The notes under the pieces: model-generated | What the model was told of the DNA's origin: nothing | Databases searched by the model: none | Seen by the model: only the letters and a program-made list of their open reading frames with translations | Made by a program: the position numbers and the translations under genes | In this document: piece after piece, positions 9,677 to 18,658 of the stretch | Layout: each line of letters starts with the position of its first letter | Numbering within the stretch: the stretch's first letter is position 1 | Assembly: GCA_000175855.1 (NCBI GenBank) | Contig: ACYB01000047.1 | Coordinates: 60,001 to 92,000, forward strand | DNA length: 32,000 bases | Reading direction: 5' to 3' | DNA from: Raphidiopsis brookii D9 | GTDB lineage: Bacteria; Cyanobacteriota; Cyanobacteriia; Cyanobacteriales; Nostocaceae

Positions 9677-9868
9677 ATGATTAAACTGGATCAGTTTTTA
9701 AAATTTCTAGGCATTGTCTCCACCGGTGGTCAAGCCAAAATCATGATTGTTAATGGTGAGGTGAAAGTTAATGATATGATTGAAACTCGACGGGGGAGAA
9801 AATTACTAGTTGATGATATAGTAACTGTGACTGGGAAGACTTTTAAGGTAGGAGATATTATTTCCTAA
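9677..9868 (+). CDS. RNA-binding S4 domain protein (YbcJ-like)
   Basis: 63 aa; 'LDQFLKFLGIVSTGGQAKIMIVNGEVKVNDMIETRRGRKLLVDDIV'; starts 2 bp after the glcD stop. Confidence 0.88.
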   Translation: MIKLDQFLKFLGIVSTGGQAKIMIVNGEVKVNDMIETRRGRKLLVDDIVTVTGKTFKVGDIIS

Positions 9869-9890
9869 CTGTTTTCCCAGAACACAATCA

Positions 9891-10193
9891 GTGATGATGC
9901 TGCAATTACTTATAACCGTAGATCCATCAAATATGAGATTAATCAAAAAATCTGAAAAGTTGCTTCTGGAACAGCTCAAGAACACGGAGGTGCAGGAAGA
10001 AAGTTCTGAACCTGATATTATAGATAATTTGGAACACCTACTTCCAGAAGCAGTCCTAATTGAAACCGATAGTTCTTACATCAATTACATTCCCCTGCGA
10101 GATAATCCCATAGTTTATTCTGTTGGTAATACGGGTTGGCAGGTTTCCGAAATTTGGAAAGAAATCAGATTGGATGATTTCTATCACAGTTAA
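9891..10193 (+). CDS. Hypothetical protein
   Basis: 100 aa ORF on the same strand, 22 bp after the S4 gene. No recognised family. Confidence 0.5.
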   Translation: MMMLQLLITVDPSNMRLIKKSEKLLLEQLKNTEVQEESSEPDIIDNLEHLLPEAVLIETDSSYINYIPLRDNPIVYSVGNTGWQVSEIWKEIRLDDFYHS

Positions 10194-10209
10194 GAAAAAC
10201 GGAGCAAGA

Positions 10210-10566
10210 ATGGCGATCGCCGTTATATCAACAGTTTTAGGATGGGTGTTAATTAAAGTCATAGGTATTGGTACAATAGACTGGTTTGTCTTGTCTGTAC
10301 ACAATTTATATAATCGTATTCTAATTAGTATGATTGATTCTGGTAACAGTCCTGTTTAGCCATTTCCCCAAAAATGTCCGTGGGTATTTGTGAATGCTAT
10401 TAACTGTATACTAGACTTTACTATTGGATATCTAATTGGTATCTTAACTTGTAAAAGCTCATTTTTAAGTGAAGTGTTTGGTTTTAGCATTGGATGGTTA
10501 ATAGTGGGAATTTTAACTAGTATTAGTGCGAACAGGTTTTTAAAAATAGATCAGGCCGAGTACTAG
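10210..10566 (+). pseudogene. Multi-TM small membrane protein interrupted by an in-frame TAG at 10357-10359
   Basis: Same frame on both sides: MAIAVISTVLGWVLIKVIGIGTIDWFVLSVHNLYNRILISMIDSGNSPV * PFPQKCPWVFVNAINCILDFTIGYLIGILTCKSSFLSEVFGFSIGWLIVGILTSISANRFLKIDQAEY*. Confidence 0.45.
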
Positions 10567-10601
10567 TAAATCGTCAATCTTTTCCTTCTTGACTCCAATT
10601 T

Positions 10602-11483
10602 TTGATTAATAATCCGGGGATCTCTTGCATAATTCTTCACAATTTGTTACAAAAATATAAAGAACTTCTAGAGACCCAGAATCTAATGTTAAGCGGACTT
10701 GCTGGTTTAACAGATCCCAAAGGTAGCGACTGGGGAGAGCGAATGCTCAATACAGTTGCCAGTCAAACGATTCGCCACTTATTTACCCAGAGCGAGTCAG
10801 TAGAAGTCCTTGTGCGTTGCTATCCTTCCAGCAAACTTTTGCAGGGGAGTATTGATAGTTTTAAGATGACTGGACAGAGCCTAGTTATTCGTAGAGACTT
10901 CGCTATAGAGGAAATGTGTTTCGAAACCGATGCTGTGTCTATTGACTTTAGCTCGGTTTTAAGTGGCAAACTTAAACTAAAACAACCAACACAAGCTGTG
11001 GCACAGGTAGTATTATCACAGACTGGTATCAATCATGCTTTCAAGGCTGAATTGGTGAAAAAGCGTTTAATAAACCTTTCTGAACCAGCTTTAATGGCAA
11101 TATCTAATGGTGAACCAGTTTCCTTTCCCGAAATTAAAATACAGTTATTACCTGAAAATCGCTTACATCTTATAGCTAAAGCTGACATTAACAATGGCGA
11201 ACTTGTACCATTAAGTATGACAATTAGTATCAGTATTGAAAAACGAAGACGGGTTTCTTTCAAAGATGCCAGATTCCAATTAGATGAAGTACCGGATCAA
11301 CAGCGAGACATTTCTCAAAGATTAGGCGCAGCTCTGGTCACAATTTTAGACGGGATGGTAGACCTAGACCGTTTTGATTTAGATGGGGTAAAAATGCGGT
11401 TAAATCGTTTAGAAACCCAAGGTGAAAAGTTAATTTTTAGTGGATATGCTGAAATAGACCACATTCCCCAAAGTGGATACTAA
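10602..11483 (+). CDS. DUF2993 (LmeA-like) domain protein
   Basis: 293 aa; 'LFTQSESVEVLVRCYPSSKLLQGSIDSFKMTGQSLVIRRDFAIEEM' pattern typical of cyanobacterial DUF2993 proteins. Confidence 0.75.
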   Translation: MINNPGISCIILHNLLQKYKELLETQNLMLSGLAGLTDPKGSDWGERMLNTVASQTIRHLFTQSESVEVLVRCYPSSKLLQGSIDSFKMTGQSLVIRRDFAIEEMCFETDAVSIDFSSVLSGKLKLKQPTQAVAQVVLSQTGINHAFKAELVKKRLINLSEPALMAISNGEPVSFPEIKIQLLPENRLHLIAKADINNGELVPLSMTISISIEKRRRVSFKDARFQLDEVPDQQRDISQRLGAALVTILDGMVDLDRFDLDGVKMRLNRLETQGEKLIFSGYAEIDHIPQSGY

Positions 11484-11487
11484 AAGA

Positions 11488-11512
11488 ATAACCGACCATA
11501 GTGGTCGGTTAT
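11488..11512 (-). terminator. Perfect 11-bp hairpin, probable terminator for the tRNA-Arg transcript and/or the DUF2993 gene
   Basis: ATAACCGACCA-TAG-TGGTCGGTTAT between convergent DUF2993 and tRNA-Arg. On the minus strand it is followed by TCTTTTAG. Confidence 0.6.
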
Positions 11513-11551
11513 CCTAGAAGTGGGAATGGTTGGCATTAGGCATACCCAAAA

Positions 11552-11625
11552 CGGGCGAGGAGGGATTCGAACCCCCGACACCGTGGTCCGTAGCCACGTG
11601 CTCTAGTCCACTGAGCTACACGCCC
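11552..11625 (-). tRNA. tRNA-Arg (anticodon ACG)
   Basis: Reverse complement GGGCGTGTAGCTCAGTGGACTAGAGCACGTGGCTACGGACCACGGTGTCGGGGGTTCGAATCCCTCCTCGCCCG; anticodon arm CGTGG-CTACGGA-CCACG; T arm GGGGG-TTCGAAT-CCCTC. No encoded CCA. Confidence 0.95.
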
Positions 11626-11632
11626 TTAATCA

Positions 11633-12160
11633 ATGAATATTATAGTAGCATACCCTTTGGAAATTATGCAAGAGTTTTTACCAAAATCTTCTGATCTTTC
11701 TCACCTCACCACCCAAGGAGAGGTGCAAATGGTTGATATATCAGGAAAAATCCCCACGATTAGGGAAGCGATCGCAATGGCCAGGGTGCGGATGTTACCA
11801 GAAACTCTGGCTGTGATTGAAGCGGGAAATGCATCGAAAGGAGATGTGTTAGCTACCGCTAGGATAGCTGGCATTATGGCTGCTAAACAGACCCCAAATT
11901 TAATTCCTCTTTGTCATCCTTTACCTTTGCAAAAGGTCACAGTGGAGATTAGACCGGATGAGCAACTACCTGGGTATGAAATTTATGCCACAGTTAAAAC
12001 CAAGTCAGAAACTGGTGTAGAGATGGAAGCTCTCATGGCTGTTTCTGTAGCTGCTTTGACTTTATATGACATGGCTAAAGCTTTAGAAAAGTCTATTCAA
12101 ATCCAATCTATAGGTTTAGTGAGTAAAACGGGTGGTAAATCAGGTTCTTGGCAAAGTTGA
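11633..12160 (+). CDS. moaC: Cyclic pyranopterin monophosphate synthase MoaC
   Basis: '[15 protein letters not shown]', '[24 protein letters not shown]', '[26 protein letters not shown]'. Start is probably ATG 11663. Confidence 0.94.
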   Translation: MNIIVAYPLEIMQEFLPKSSDLSHLTTQGEVQMVDISGKIPTIREAIAMARVRMLPETLAVIEAGNASKGDVLATARIAGIMAAKQTPNLIPLCHPLPLQKVTVEIRPDEQLPGYEIYATVKTKSETGVEMEALMAVSVAALTLYDMAKALEKSIQIQSIGLVSKTGGKSGSWQS

Positions 12161-12273
12161 TCCTCTAATTTTTAATAAATGATATTGAATTAGCATATTG
12201 AATTTTCTTGCTTGTTATATACTGGAGAGAAAACAGCCAAATTAATATCAAATAGAGTAGATACAAAGTAATT

Positions 12274-12600
12274 ATGAGTAAGCAAGTACAAACTCTCACC
12301 CTTACCAAAAATTTAAATTCTGAAAGTGCATTAGAATTTCAGAGAAATATTGCCAAAATTGTAGAGAGTAAAACCGAAGTGGTTTTAATTGATTGTCAAC
12401 ATGTTACCTTTCTAGACAGTCGCGGTTTAGGATATCTAGTTTTGGCCTTTAAAAATTTACAAAAAGCGGGCATTAAAATGGTACTCTGTTCCCTGAGTGA
12501 ACAAGTAAGAATGATATTTGAATTAACCAGTATTGATGAGATATTTGAAATATTTGCTACCCAGGATGACTTTCATCAAGAATTGGTGAATAAGACCTAA
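12274..12600 (+). CDS. STAS-domain anti-sigma factor antagonist
   Basis: 108 aa; 'VVLIDCQHVTFLDSRGLGYLVLAFKNLQKAGIKMVLCSLSEQVRMIFELTSIDEIFEIF' with the conserved 'DSRGLG' phospho-acceptor Ser region. Confidence 0.92.
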   Translation: MSKQVQTLTLTKNLNSESALEFQRNIAKIVESKTEVVLIDCQHVTFLDSRGLGYLVLAFKNLQKAGIKMVLCSLSEQVRMIFELTSIDEIFEIFATQDDFHQELVNKT

Positions 12601-13730
12601 TCAAATTTAATCTGGATGATGGCTAAGTCATCATCAAAAGCTTCTTTGGAGTTTAAATTAACCAAATATTTTATTACATATTCAAGTTGGGAGTTAGGTA
12701 GATTATGTGACCTAACTAATAATTGAACAAACTGCTCTAAACTCCAAAGAATTCCATCAAAATTAGTAATTTCATAAGCTCCATCACTGAAAATATAAAG
12801 ACTACTTAATTCTCCAATTTGACAAATTTTATCCACATATTTACCTTGGCAAAACATACCAATGGGCATACCCGGAGTTTTTAGAAGGGTTATATGAACA
12901 TTGGGAGATTTTGGTGACAGTAAAACTGCTGGTGGATGTCCTGCACTAGCATAGGTTAATTGTCGATTTATATGGTTATATACGCCATACCAAATTGTGA
13001 AGTACTTCTCGGTTTTATCATCAGTTTGAAAAGCATCATTTAAGGCTGATAATACCTGACTAGGTTGATAATAATTTACTCCTTTGAGTGCGCGAGAACG
13101 AAGTAAATTTAACACGGAAATTGCCGGGAGAGTGGCCCTAAGTCCATGACCAACAGCATCCAATAGATAAATTGCCAGGTGATCATCATCTAACCAATAA
13201 TAATCAAAACAATCTCCTCCTAATTTTCGAGAAGGTAAGAACGTATAATCAATATTCACTGGTTGATTAATAGGTAGTGGTAAAAGTGACTTAACATAGT
13301 CCGTAGCTTCTGACAGCTCTGTTTCTAACAATAGCTTTTGGATCTGTAAATCTCGATTTAACTGATGTAGACGTAGTCCAGCTCTAACCCTAGCTTGTAG
13401 TTCATTTTGTTCAATGGGTTTGGAGATAAAATCATCTGCTCCCGAGTCTAGTCCCTTAACCCGATCTGATACTGAATCTAAGGATGTTAATAAAATAAAA
13501 AATGTACTCGATAAATTTGGGTGATTTTTAATAAAATTGCAGACCTCTAAACCACTTAATTCAGGCATCATCCAATCACAAATAATCAGAGCGGGAGGAG
13601 AAGCAACAGCTTGTAAAATTCCCTCTCTCCCGTTACTGGTTGTGATAACTTGATAATGCTGTTTTTCTAAGATCCTTTTCAGAAGGATTTGGATTGAAGA
13701 ATCATCATCAATTACTAAAATTTGGAACAT
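12597..13730 (-). CDS. Response regulator fused to SpoIIE/PP2C-type serine phosphatase
   Basis: Receiver: 'ILVIDDDSSIQILLKRIL...ALIICDWMMPELSG...DFISKPI'. PP2C: 'KLGGDCFDYYWLDDDHLAIYLLDAVGHGLRATLPA', 'ASAGHPPAVLLS', 'LYIFSDGAYE'. Confidence 0.92.
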   Translation of the reverse strand: MFQILVIDDDSSIQILLKRILEKQHYQVITTSNGREGILQAVASPPALIICDWMMPELSGLEVCNFIKNHPNLSSTFFILLTSLDSVSDRVKGLDSGADDFISKPIEQNELQARVRAGLRLHQLNRDLQIQKLLLETELSEATDYVKSLLPLPINQPVNIDYTFLPSRKLGGDCFDYYWLDDDHLAIYLLDAVGHGLRATLPAISVLNLLRSRALKGVNYYQPSQVLSALNDAFQTDDKTEKYFTIWYGVYNHINRQLTYASAGHPPAVLLSPKSPNVHITLLKTPGMPIGMFCQGKYVDKICQIGELSSLYIFSDGAYEITNFDGILWSLEQFVQLLVRSHNLPNSQLEYVIKYLVNLNSKEAFDDDLAIIQIKFD

Positions 13731-13839
13731 AAAGTGAACATAAGGTTTAGAAGATTTACATCATCAGTATTCTATTTACATTATGTCCATAAATTAGGAA
13801 TGTAGAATGAAAAGCTGATAAAAACTTGAGCTATTTATG

Positions 13840-14624
13840 TTAATCCGATAAAGACTCCAGAGGGTTAAGCCAGAATAGCATTACTTTTTGTAGCTGATGT
13901 AAATCTCTATAAACTTCTTGTTTAAACCATTGGGCTATAGCATCTAGGGGAGTAAAGGAATTTCCTGATTGCCATTTAATGTCTTGACCTAAAGGAGTTG
14001 TATGGTTTCCGGAGAGAGTTTTACGGTAACCATTTGGGAAAAACGGTTTTTTAAAATTTTCGTTAACTCTACTGATTGATCTAAATTGTCATTGTGGAAT
14101 TTGATTAATAGGTTGCGTCGAATCTGATAGGATTCTTTGATAATTTGATTAGTTTCTGTGGGTGTGGGACTAAATTCAATCATTAAATCACTCATGAAGG
14201 TAGAATTTAGTTGCTCCACTAGAGGAATAGCATCTTTAGCAGTGTAGTTGTTAAAGGAAATCAGAATGTTACCCGCTCGCTCTACTGGAAAAAGACTGCC
14301 AATCAGTAATTGCAGCTTACAACCCATACTGTGCCCAACTCCATAAATTGGTAAGTATAATTTATGTAATTCCCCATAATAATGTAGACGTTCTAATGTC
14401 CTTTCAAATTTCAGTAGAACTGATTGGGCGATCGCCTGGTGATCTAGTCCATTGACAAATGGTGTAGCAATTATGACGTAACCTTTGTTAGCAAACTGCT
14501 CTAATAACCAACGGTAGGTCAAATGGGGTGCACTAGCAACAAATGCACCTCCCAAAAAATGAATGATTCCAACAGGGTGACGGGGAACAATTACCCAATT
14601 ACCTCTTATTTCCTTCCATTCCAT
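13840..14624 (-). pseudogene. DUF1350-family protein with C-terminal frameshift (intact ORF is only 13989-14624)
   Basis: ORF MEWKEIRGNWVIVPRHPVGIIHFLGGAFVASAPHLTYRWLLEQFANKGY... ends abnormally in ...VKLSPETIQLL*. An alternative frame continues LSGNHTTPLGQDIKWQSGNSFTPLDAIAQWFKQEVYRDLHQLQKVMLFWLNPLESLSD* to 13840. Confidence 0.65.
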
Positions 14625-14898
14625 ATAAATAATCTTCTATTGCTTAACATCCATAGCGATTTGTAATGCTTCATTTAGCAATCGGTCGTGTTCTGGGTAA
14701 GTTAGTTAGGTCTCGCAATTCTTTATGTGTAATTCGCAGACTCTTCAAATCGTCACGCACAAACCCTCCAACTCTACCAATTTAGGACTGATCAAATTAT
14801 TAATAACTCTTGTAGATTTGTCAATAAAACTGTGAACTGTGGTACATTAATTGTTGAGTTTTCAGTACCTAAACAGCAAAAACACTAACCGCAGGACC

Positions 14899-15216
14899 AT
14901 GATAATCATAGTCATAGTTTTCCTGACTAATATCGTGATTTCACTGATGCTAGTATACCTAGCTTGGCAAATGTGGCAACTTAAACACAAGTTAACCATA
15001 ATAGCCAATACTCTAGAAAGTAAGGAATCAGCTAGTTATGGGGTTCTAGCCAGAATAGGGGATAATATTAATGTAGAACGAGAACAAATTTATTATTGGA
15101 GACAAAAGCAGCAAATGCTAAAACAGCAACTTCAACAAGCTTGGCAAACCTTTCAACTGTTGAAACTTCTTACCACATCCGGTTGGAGATTATTAGCTCA
15201 GAAAGTGCAAAAATAG
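14899..15216 (+). CDS. Conserved membrane-anchored protein, unknown function (the track ORF starts at 14851)
   Basis: ATG 14899: MIIIVIVFLTNIVISLMLVYLAWQMWQLKHKLTIIANTLESKE...; N-terminal TM; directly upstream of a YtxH gene. Confidence 0.65.
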   Translation: MIIIVIVFLTNIVISLMLVYLAWQMWQLKHKLTIIANTLESKESASYGVLARIGDNINVEREQIYYWRQKQQMLKQQLQQAWQTFQLLKLLTTSGWRLLAQKVQK

Positions 15217-15313
15217 CCCATTCAACCGTAAAAGAATTATACTGTTCCTATCCCTAGCTCAAGACTGGGAGTTTTTCGCAAGTTTCTGTTATAAAGAATT
15301 AAAATGTCTTAAA

Positions 15314-15673
15314 ATGTCTAATAATCGTTCCGGAATATTTATTGGTGGTGTAATGCTGGGAGCTACAATTGGAGCTTTAGCAGGCTTGCTTGTTGCACCC
15401 CGTACGGGCAAAGAAACCCGTAAGCTCTTAAAAAAATCTGCGGATGCTTTACCAGAATTGGCAGAGGATATATCCACCAGTGTGCAAATCCAAACAGATA
15501 AACTCTCCGCTAGTGTGGTTAGAAACTGGGATGACACCTTAGATAGGTTGCGAGATGCGATCGCATCGGGAGTGGAAGCTACACAAAGGGAAAGAGAGTC
15601 ATTAAAGAGAGTAAAATCTCATAACGCTGATGAAAATCCAGATCATCTCAACCAAAATCCAGAAAGTCTATAA
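15314..15673 (+). CDS. YtxH domain-containing protein
   Basis: 'GIFIGGVMLGATIGALAGLLVAPRTGKETRKLLKKSADALPELAEDI'. Confidence 0.88.
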   Translation: MSNNRSGIFIGGVMLGATIGALAGLLVAPRTGKETRKLLKKSADALPELAEDISTSVQIQTDKLSASVVRNWDDTLDRLRDAIASGVEATQRERESLKRVKSHNADENPDHLNQNPESL

Positions 15674-15687
15674 ATTCTAGTGTCACC

Positions 15688-16095
15688 GTGATTGATCCTC
15701 TATTTTGGCTGGGACTATCTTTACTATTAGTAGCTACTAGTCTGAGTGTGGTATTAGTAGTAGCAATACCCGCTGTGCAAGAATTAGCACGAGCTTCGCG
15801 TAGTGCTGAAAAGTTCTTTGATACTCTTTCTCGGGAGCTACCCCCTACCCTAAAAGCTATCCGTAATACGAGTTTAGACATCACGGATTTAACTGAAGAT
15901 TTCAGTGATGGAATTAAAAGTGCGGGTCAAGTAGTTAGACAAGTAGATCAAGGTTTAAATACTGCTAAAAAACAGGCTGATAATGTGCAAATTGGCACTC
16001 GCAGTCTCTGGGTTGGTGTGAGAACTGCCTGGAAAACCTTTACCACTCAAGGATCTAATAAACGTAGCCTACAGGAAACCCGCACTAAATTATGA
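15688..16095 (+). CDS. DUF948-like membrane protein
   Basis: 'FWLGLSLLLVATSLSVVLVVAIPAVQELARASRSAEKFFDTLSRELPPTLKAIRNTSLDITDLTEDFSDGIKSAGQ'; 14 bp after the YtxH gene. Confidence 0.75.
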   Translation: MIDPLFWLGLSLLLVATSLSVVLVVAIPAVQELARASRSAEKFFDTLSRELPPTLKAIRNTSLDITDLTEDFSDGIKSAGQVVRQVDQGLNTAKKQADNVQIGTRSLWVGVRTAWKTFTTQGSNKRSLQETRTKL

Positions 16096-16231
16096 CTCAT
16101 GACTGTACGTATCTACCCTATAAGTGGCAATTTTTAGGAATATTGGTTTTTGATGGTTTAGGGTGATCAGATTAGGGTAAAGTAAACAATTGTAAAGAAA
16201 TATCACTTTTCTCGTAATCTACAAATAGCAC

Positions 16232-17080
16232 TTGTTTACCCTCACCTTTAATATTCGTATAGAAAATTCCATGCAGCGTTCTTTTTGCCAAAAAATTCTA
16301 GTATCCATTGCAGTCTTTGTCTTTGGTGCATCCATTTGGGTGATGAACTCACCATTAGCTCTAGCATACGAAAATCCCGATTTGCTACCTGATACCTTTA
16401 CCCCAGTAGTTGACCTGGCGAAAACTTTACCCGATCCACAGGAAGAAAAGTTAGTAAAGGAATTAGAGCAGTTTGAGGTGGATACTGGCTGGAAGTTACG
16501 GGTATTGACTCAATATGACCGAACTCCAGGGAGAGCAGTAATTAAATACTGGGGACTAGATGATAAAAGTATTCTCCTAGTTGCAGATGCACGTGGTGGT
16601 AACATTCTGAGTTTTAGTGTGGGAGATGCAGTTTATGAGCTCTTACCGCGTACATTTTGGATTGAATTACAAACTCGTTTTGGCAACCTCTATTTTGTGA
16701 GGGAGAATGGTGAAGATCAGGCTATTTTACAAGCACTAAATTCGGTTAAAGGTTGTTTAGCTCAGGGGGGTTGTAATGTGGTTCCCGGATTACCCAAAGA
16801 GCAATGGATACTTACGCTCATTACCTCAGCCATTGGCGGGATAATTTGCGGATTTGCAGCCCAACCTCGCAATGATAAACAAGTGTTTGCTTGGCAATGG
16901 GCGTTAATTTTTTCACCCTTGTGGGGAATTTTGTTTATTGCTTTTGGTATCGCTCCTGTGATTACCCGTACCAGTGATTGGGTTCCCTTGGTCCGCAATA
17001 TTTCTGCCTTTTTGATAGGTCTGCTGGTGGCTTATCTTTCCCCCGTTTTTAGCCGTCCTGTTTCTAGGAATGAGTCTTAA
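16232..17080 (+). CDS. TPM-domain (Psb32-like) membrane protein
   Basis: Signal peptide ending 'LALA', then 'VVDLAKTLPDPQEEKLVKELEQFEVDTGWKLRVLTQY'; C-terminal TM helices. Likely start at 16271. Confidence 0.78.
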   Translation: MFTLTFNIRIENSMQRSFCQKILVSIAVFVFGASIWVMNSPLALAYENPDLLPDTFTPVVDLAKTLPDPQEEKLVKELEQFEVDTGWKLRVLTQYDRTPGRAVIKYWGLDDKSILLVADARGGNILSFSVGDAVYELLPRTFWIELQTRFGNLYFVRENGEDQAILQALNSVKGCLAQGGCNVVPGLPKEQWILTLITSAIGGIICGFAAQPRNDKQVFAWQWALIFSPLWGILFIAFGIAPVITRTSDWVPLVRNISAFLIGLLVAYLSPVFSRPVSRNES

Positions 17081-17192
17081 ATTTGGGAATGGTGAAGTTG
17101 TTCATTTTTTCCTCACCCTGAATTTTGCCATAATTCAGTGTTTGTATTAATGATTGAATTTCACCATGCCGCCTGTTTTTAAAAACTATAGT

Positions 17193-18545
17193 TTAAAAAA
17201 GGCTATCAATAGTTTCGTAGTCATACTCTGCTAGAACTTCATTAAAAACTTCTGTAGCTGTATCTCCATCTAGTTCTAAATCTCCTGCTAATTGAGACCA
17301 ATATTCATATTCTTCATCGGTGAAGTATTCATCAGCAAGAGCAAACTCCACAGACATTTGAAAAGCTTCTATTGCTGCATCTTCAGCAAGAATAATTTGT
17401 ATGGCAGCATTATATAGCATTTCCAGTCCACCAATTTCTACTAGACTATCAATTTTTTCTTGCAGCAGTTCTGCATCAATCTCATAGGTTTCATACAGTC
17501 CCATCAATAACTCTGATTCTTCCTCAGACAGGTTATCCACAGACGCACCACATAAACAAATTACTGCGATCGCTTCTACTAGCGTTAAATAACAGCTTTC
17601 CTCTTCTTCTTGTTCCTCTTCTTCATAAAATTCTTCGTCAAAATCCTCATCCTCCTCAACCCAAACATCAGCAGTTAAATCAAAGTCTGTTGTCCCTTTA
17701 ATTTTCCAGCATTCAAAGCATAGGTCTGGGTTGGTCATATACTCATAAGGAATATAGCAATATCCTGAGTCCCCCCATTCCTCACCCCAGGAATTACGGA
17801 CAATAAACACTTTAGCGCTATCTTTATATCCAACGCAAAGCATAGCGTGATTCCCATGTTGTTCTCTACCTTCATCGCTATTTAGATCTGGCATAGGAAC
17901 TCTACCCTGGGCTGTAACACGATCAAAAGATTTAAATAAAACTAGCCCAAAAATAAAAGGATATCCTTCCGCTAAACAGTGCTTCATTGAGTATATGTCA
18001 GGATTGACTTGCTCTGGAGTTTCCCATTGAAACTCATCAGTATTAATTAGTTTTGCAGCTTCAGTGTAAGCTTCACGACTAGGTTTGGTGTTGACGTTTT
18101 TAACTTTGCCATTTTCCGCTATCTGATAACCCCAAGTTGACTCATGACAAATACCCTGCTCTTGCAAACTAACTAATGCTAAGGAAATATTGCTTCCCTG
18201 GTCTTGAATTTTATCACGACCGGAAGCCTCGAGTCCTAGCAATCGTGCATTATAATATACAAAGAGACGACTGAAATCAATATCTTTGCCTACACGGTTC
18301 ATTATATACTCATAGCCACCAACAACTGCATTTGCTGTACAACTGTTAGCAGCTGCTTGATTTTCTACAGGGGTCATAAAGGGACGGAGATCCACCTGTG
18401 CGGGTAGGTCTTCTTCATTAAACCTCTGTGTATTGTAGAGTTGAGAACCAGGAACTGTTGAAGCCGAGGAGCTACAACCACTAAGTGCTCTCCAGTCACC
18501 TGTTTTGCGATCTACAACGTAGGATAATACAGCTTTTTTAGACAT
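17193..18545 (-). CDS. Papain-like (C1) cysteine peptidase with acidic linker and TerB-like C-terminal domain
   Basis: Catalytic-type motifs 'VENQAAANSCTANAVVGGYEYI', 'HGNHAMLCVGYKD', 'IVRNSWGEEWGDSGY'; linker 'VEEDEDFDEEFYEEEEQEEEES'; C-terminus 'VEAIAVICLCGASVDNLSEEESELLMGLYE...ALADEYFTDEEYEYWSQLAGDLELD' is TerB-like. Confidence 0.85.
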   Translation of the reverse strand: MSKKAVLSYVVDRKTGDWRALSGCSSSASTVPGSQLYNTQRFNEEDLPAQVDLRPFMTPVENQAAANSCTANAVVGGYEYIMNRVGKDIDFSRLFVYYNARLLGLEASGRDKIQDQGSNISLALVSLQEQGICHESTWGYQIAENGKVKNVNTKPSREAYTEAAKLINTDEFQWETPEQVNPDIYSMKHCLAEGYPFIFGLVLFKSFDRVTAQGRVPMPDLNSDEGREQHGNHAMLCVGYKDSAKVFIVRNSWGEEWGDSGYCYIPYEYMTNPDLCFECWKIKGTTDFDLTADVWVEEDEDFDEEFYEEEEQEEEESCYLTLVEAIAVICLCGASVDNLSEEESELLMGLYETYEIDAELLQEKIDSLVEIGGLEMLYNAAIQIILAEDAAIEAFQMSVEFALADEYFTDEEYEYWSQLAGDLELDGDTATEVFNEVLAEYDYETIDSLF

Positions 18546-18658
18546 AAACTCTGATGTGGATTGCTCACAAAAATAATTATCAAAATTTTATATTAGCTAT
18601 GCTACGAAAAATTTGTAATTCCTCAATAATTCCTAGTAGATTCTGTAACCTCATGCTT

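Noticed and set aside
17120-17170. Imperfect inverted repeat GCCTTTTTTAAACTATAGTTTTTAAAAACAGGC downstream of the C1 peptidase
   Set aside because: Almost entirely A/T with mismatches. It may be a weak terminator but is not distinguishable from AT-rich background.
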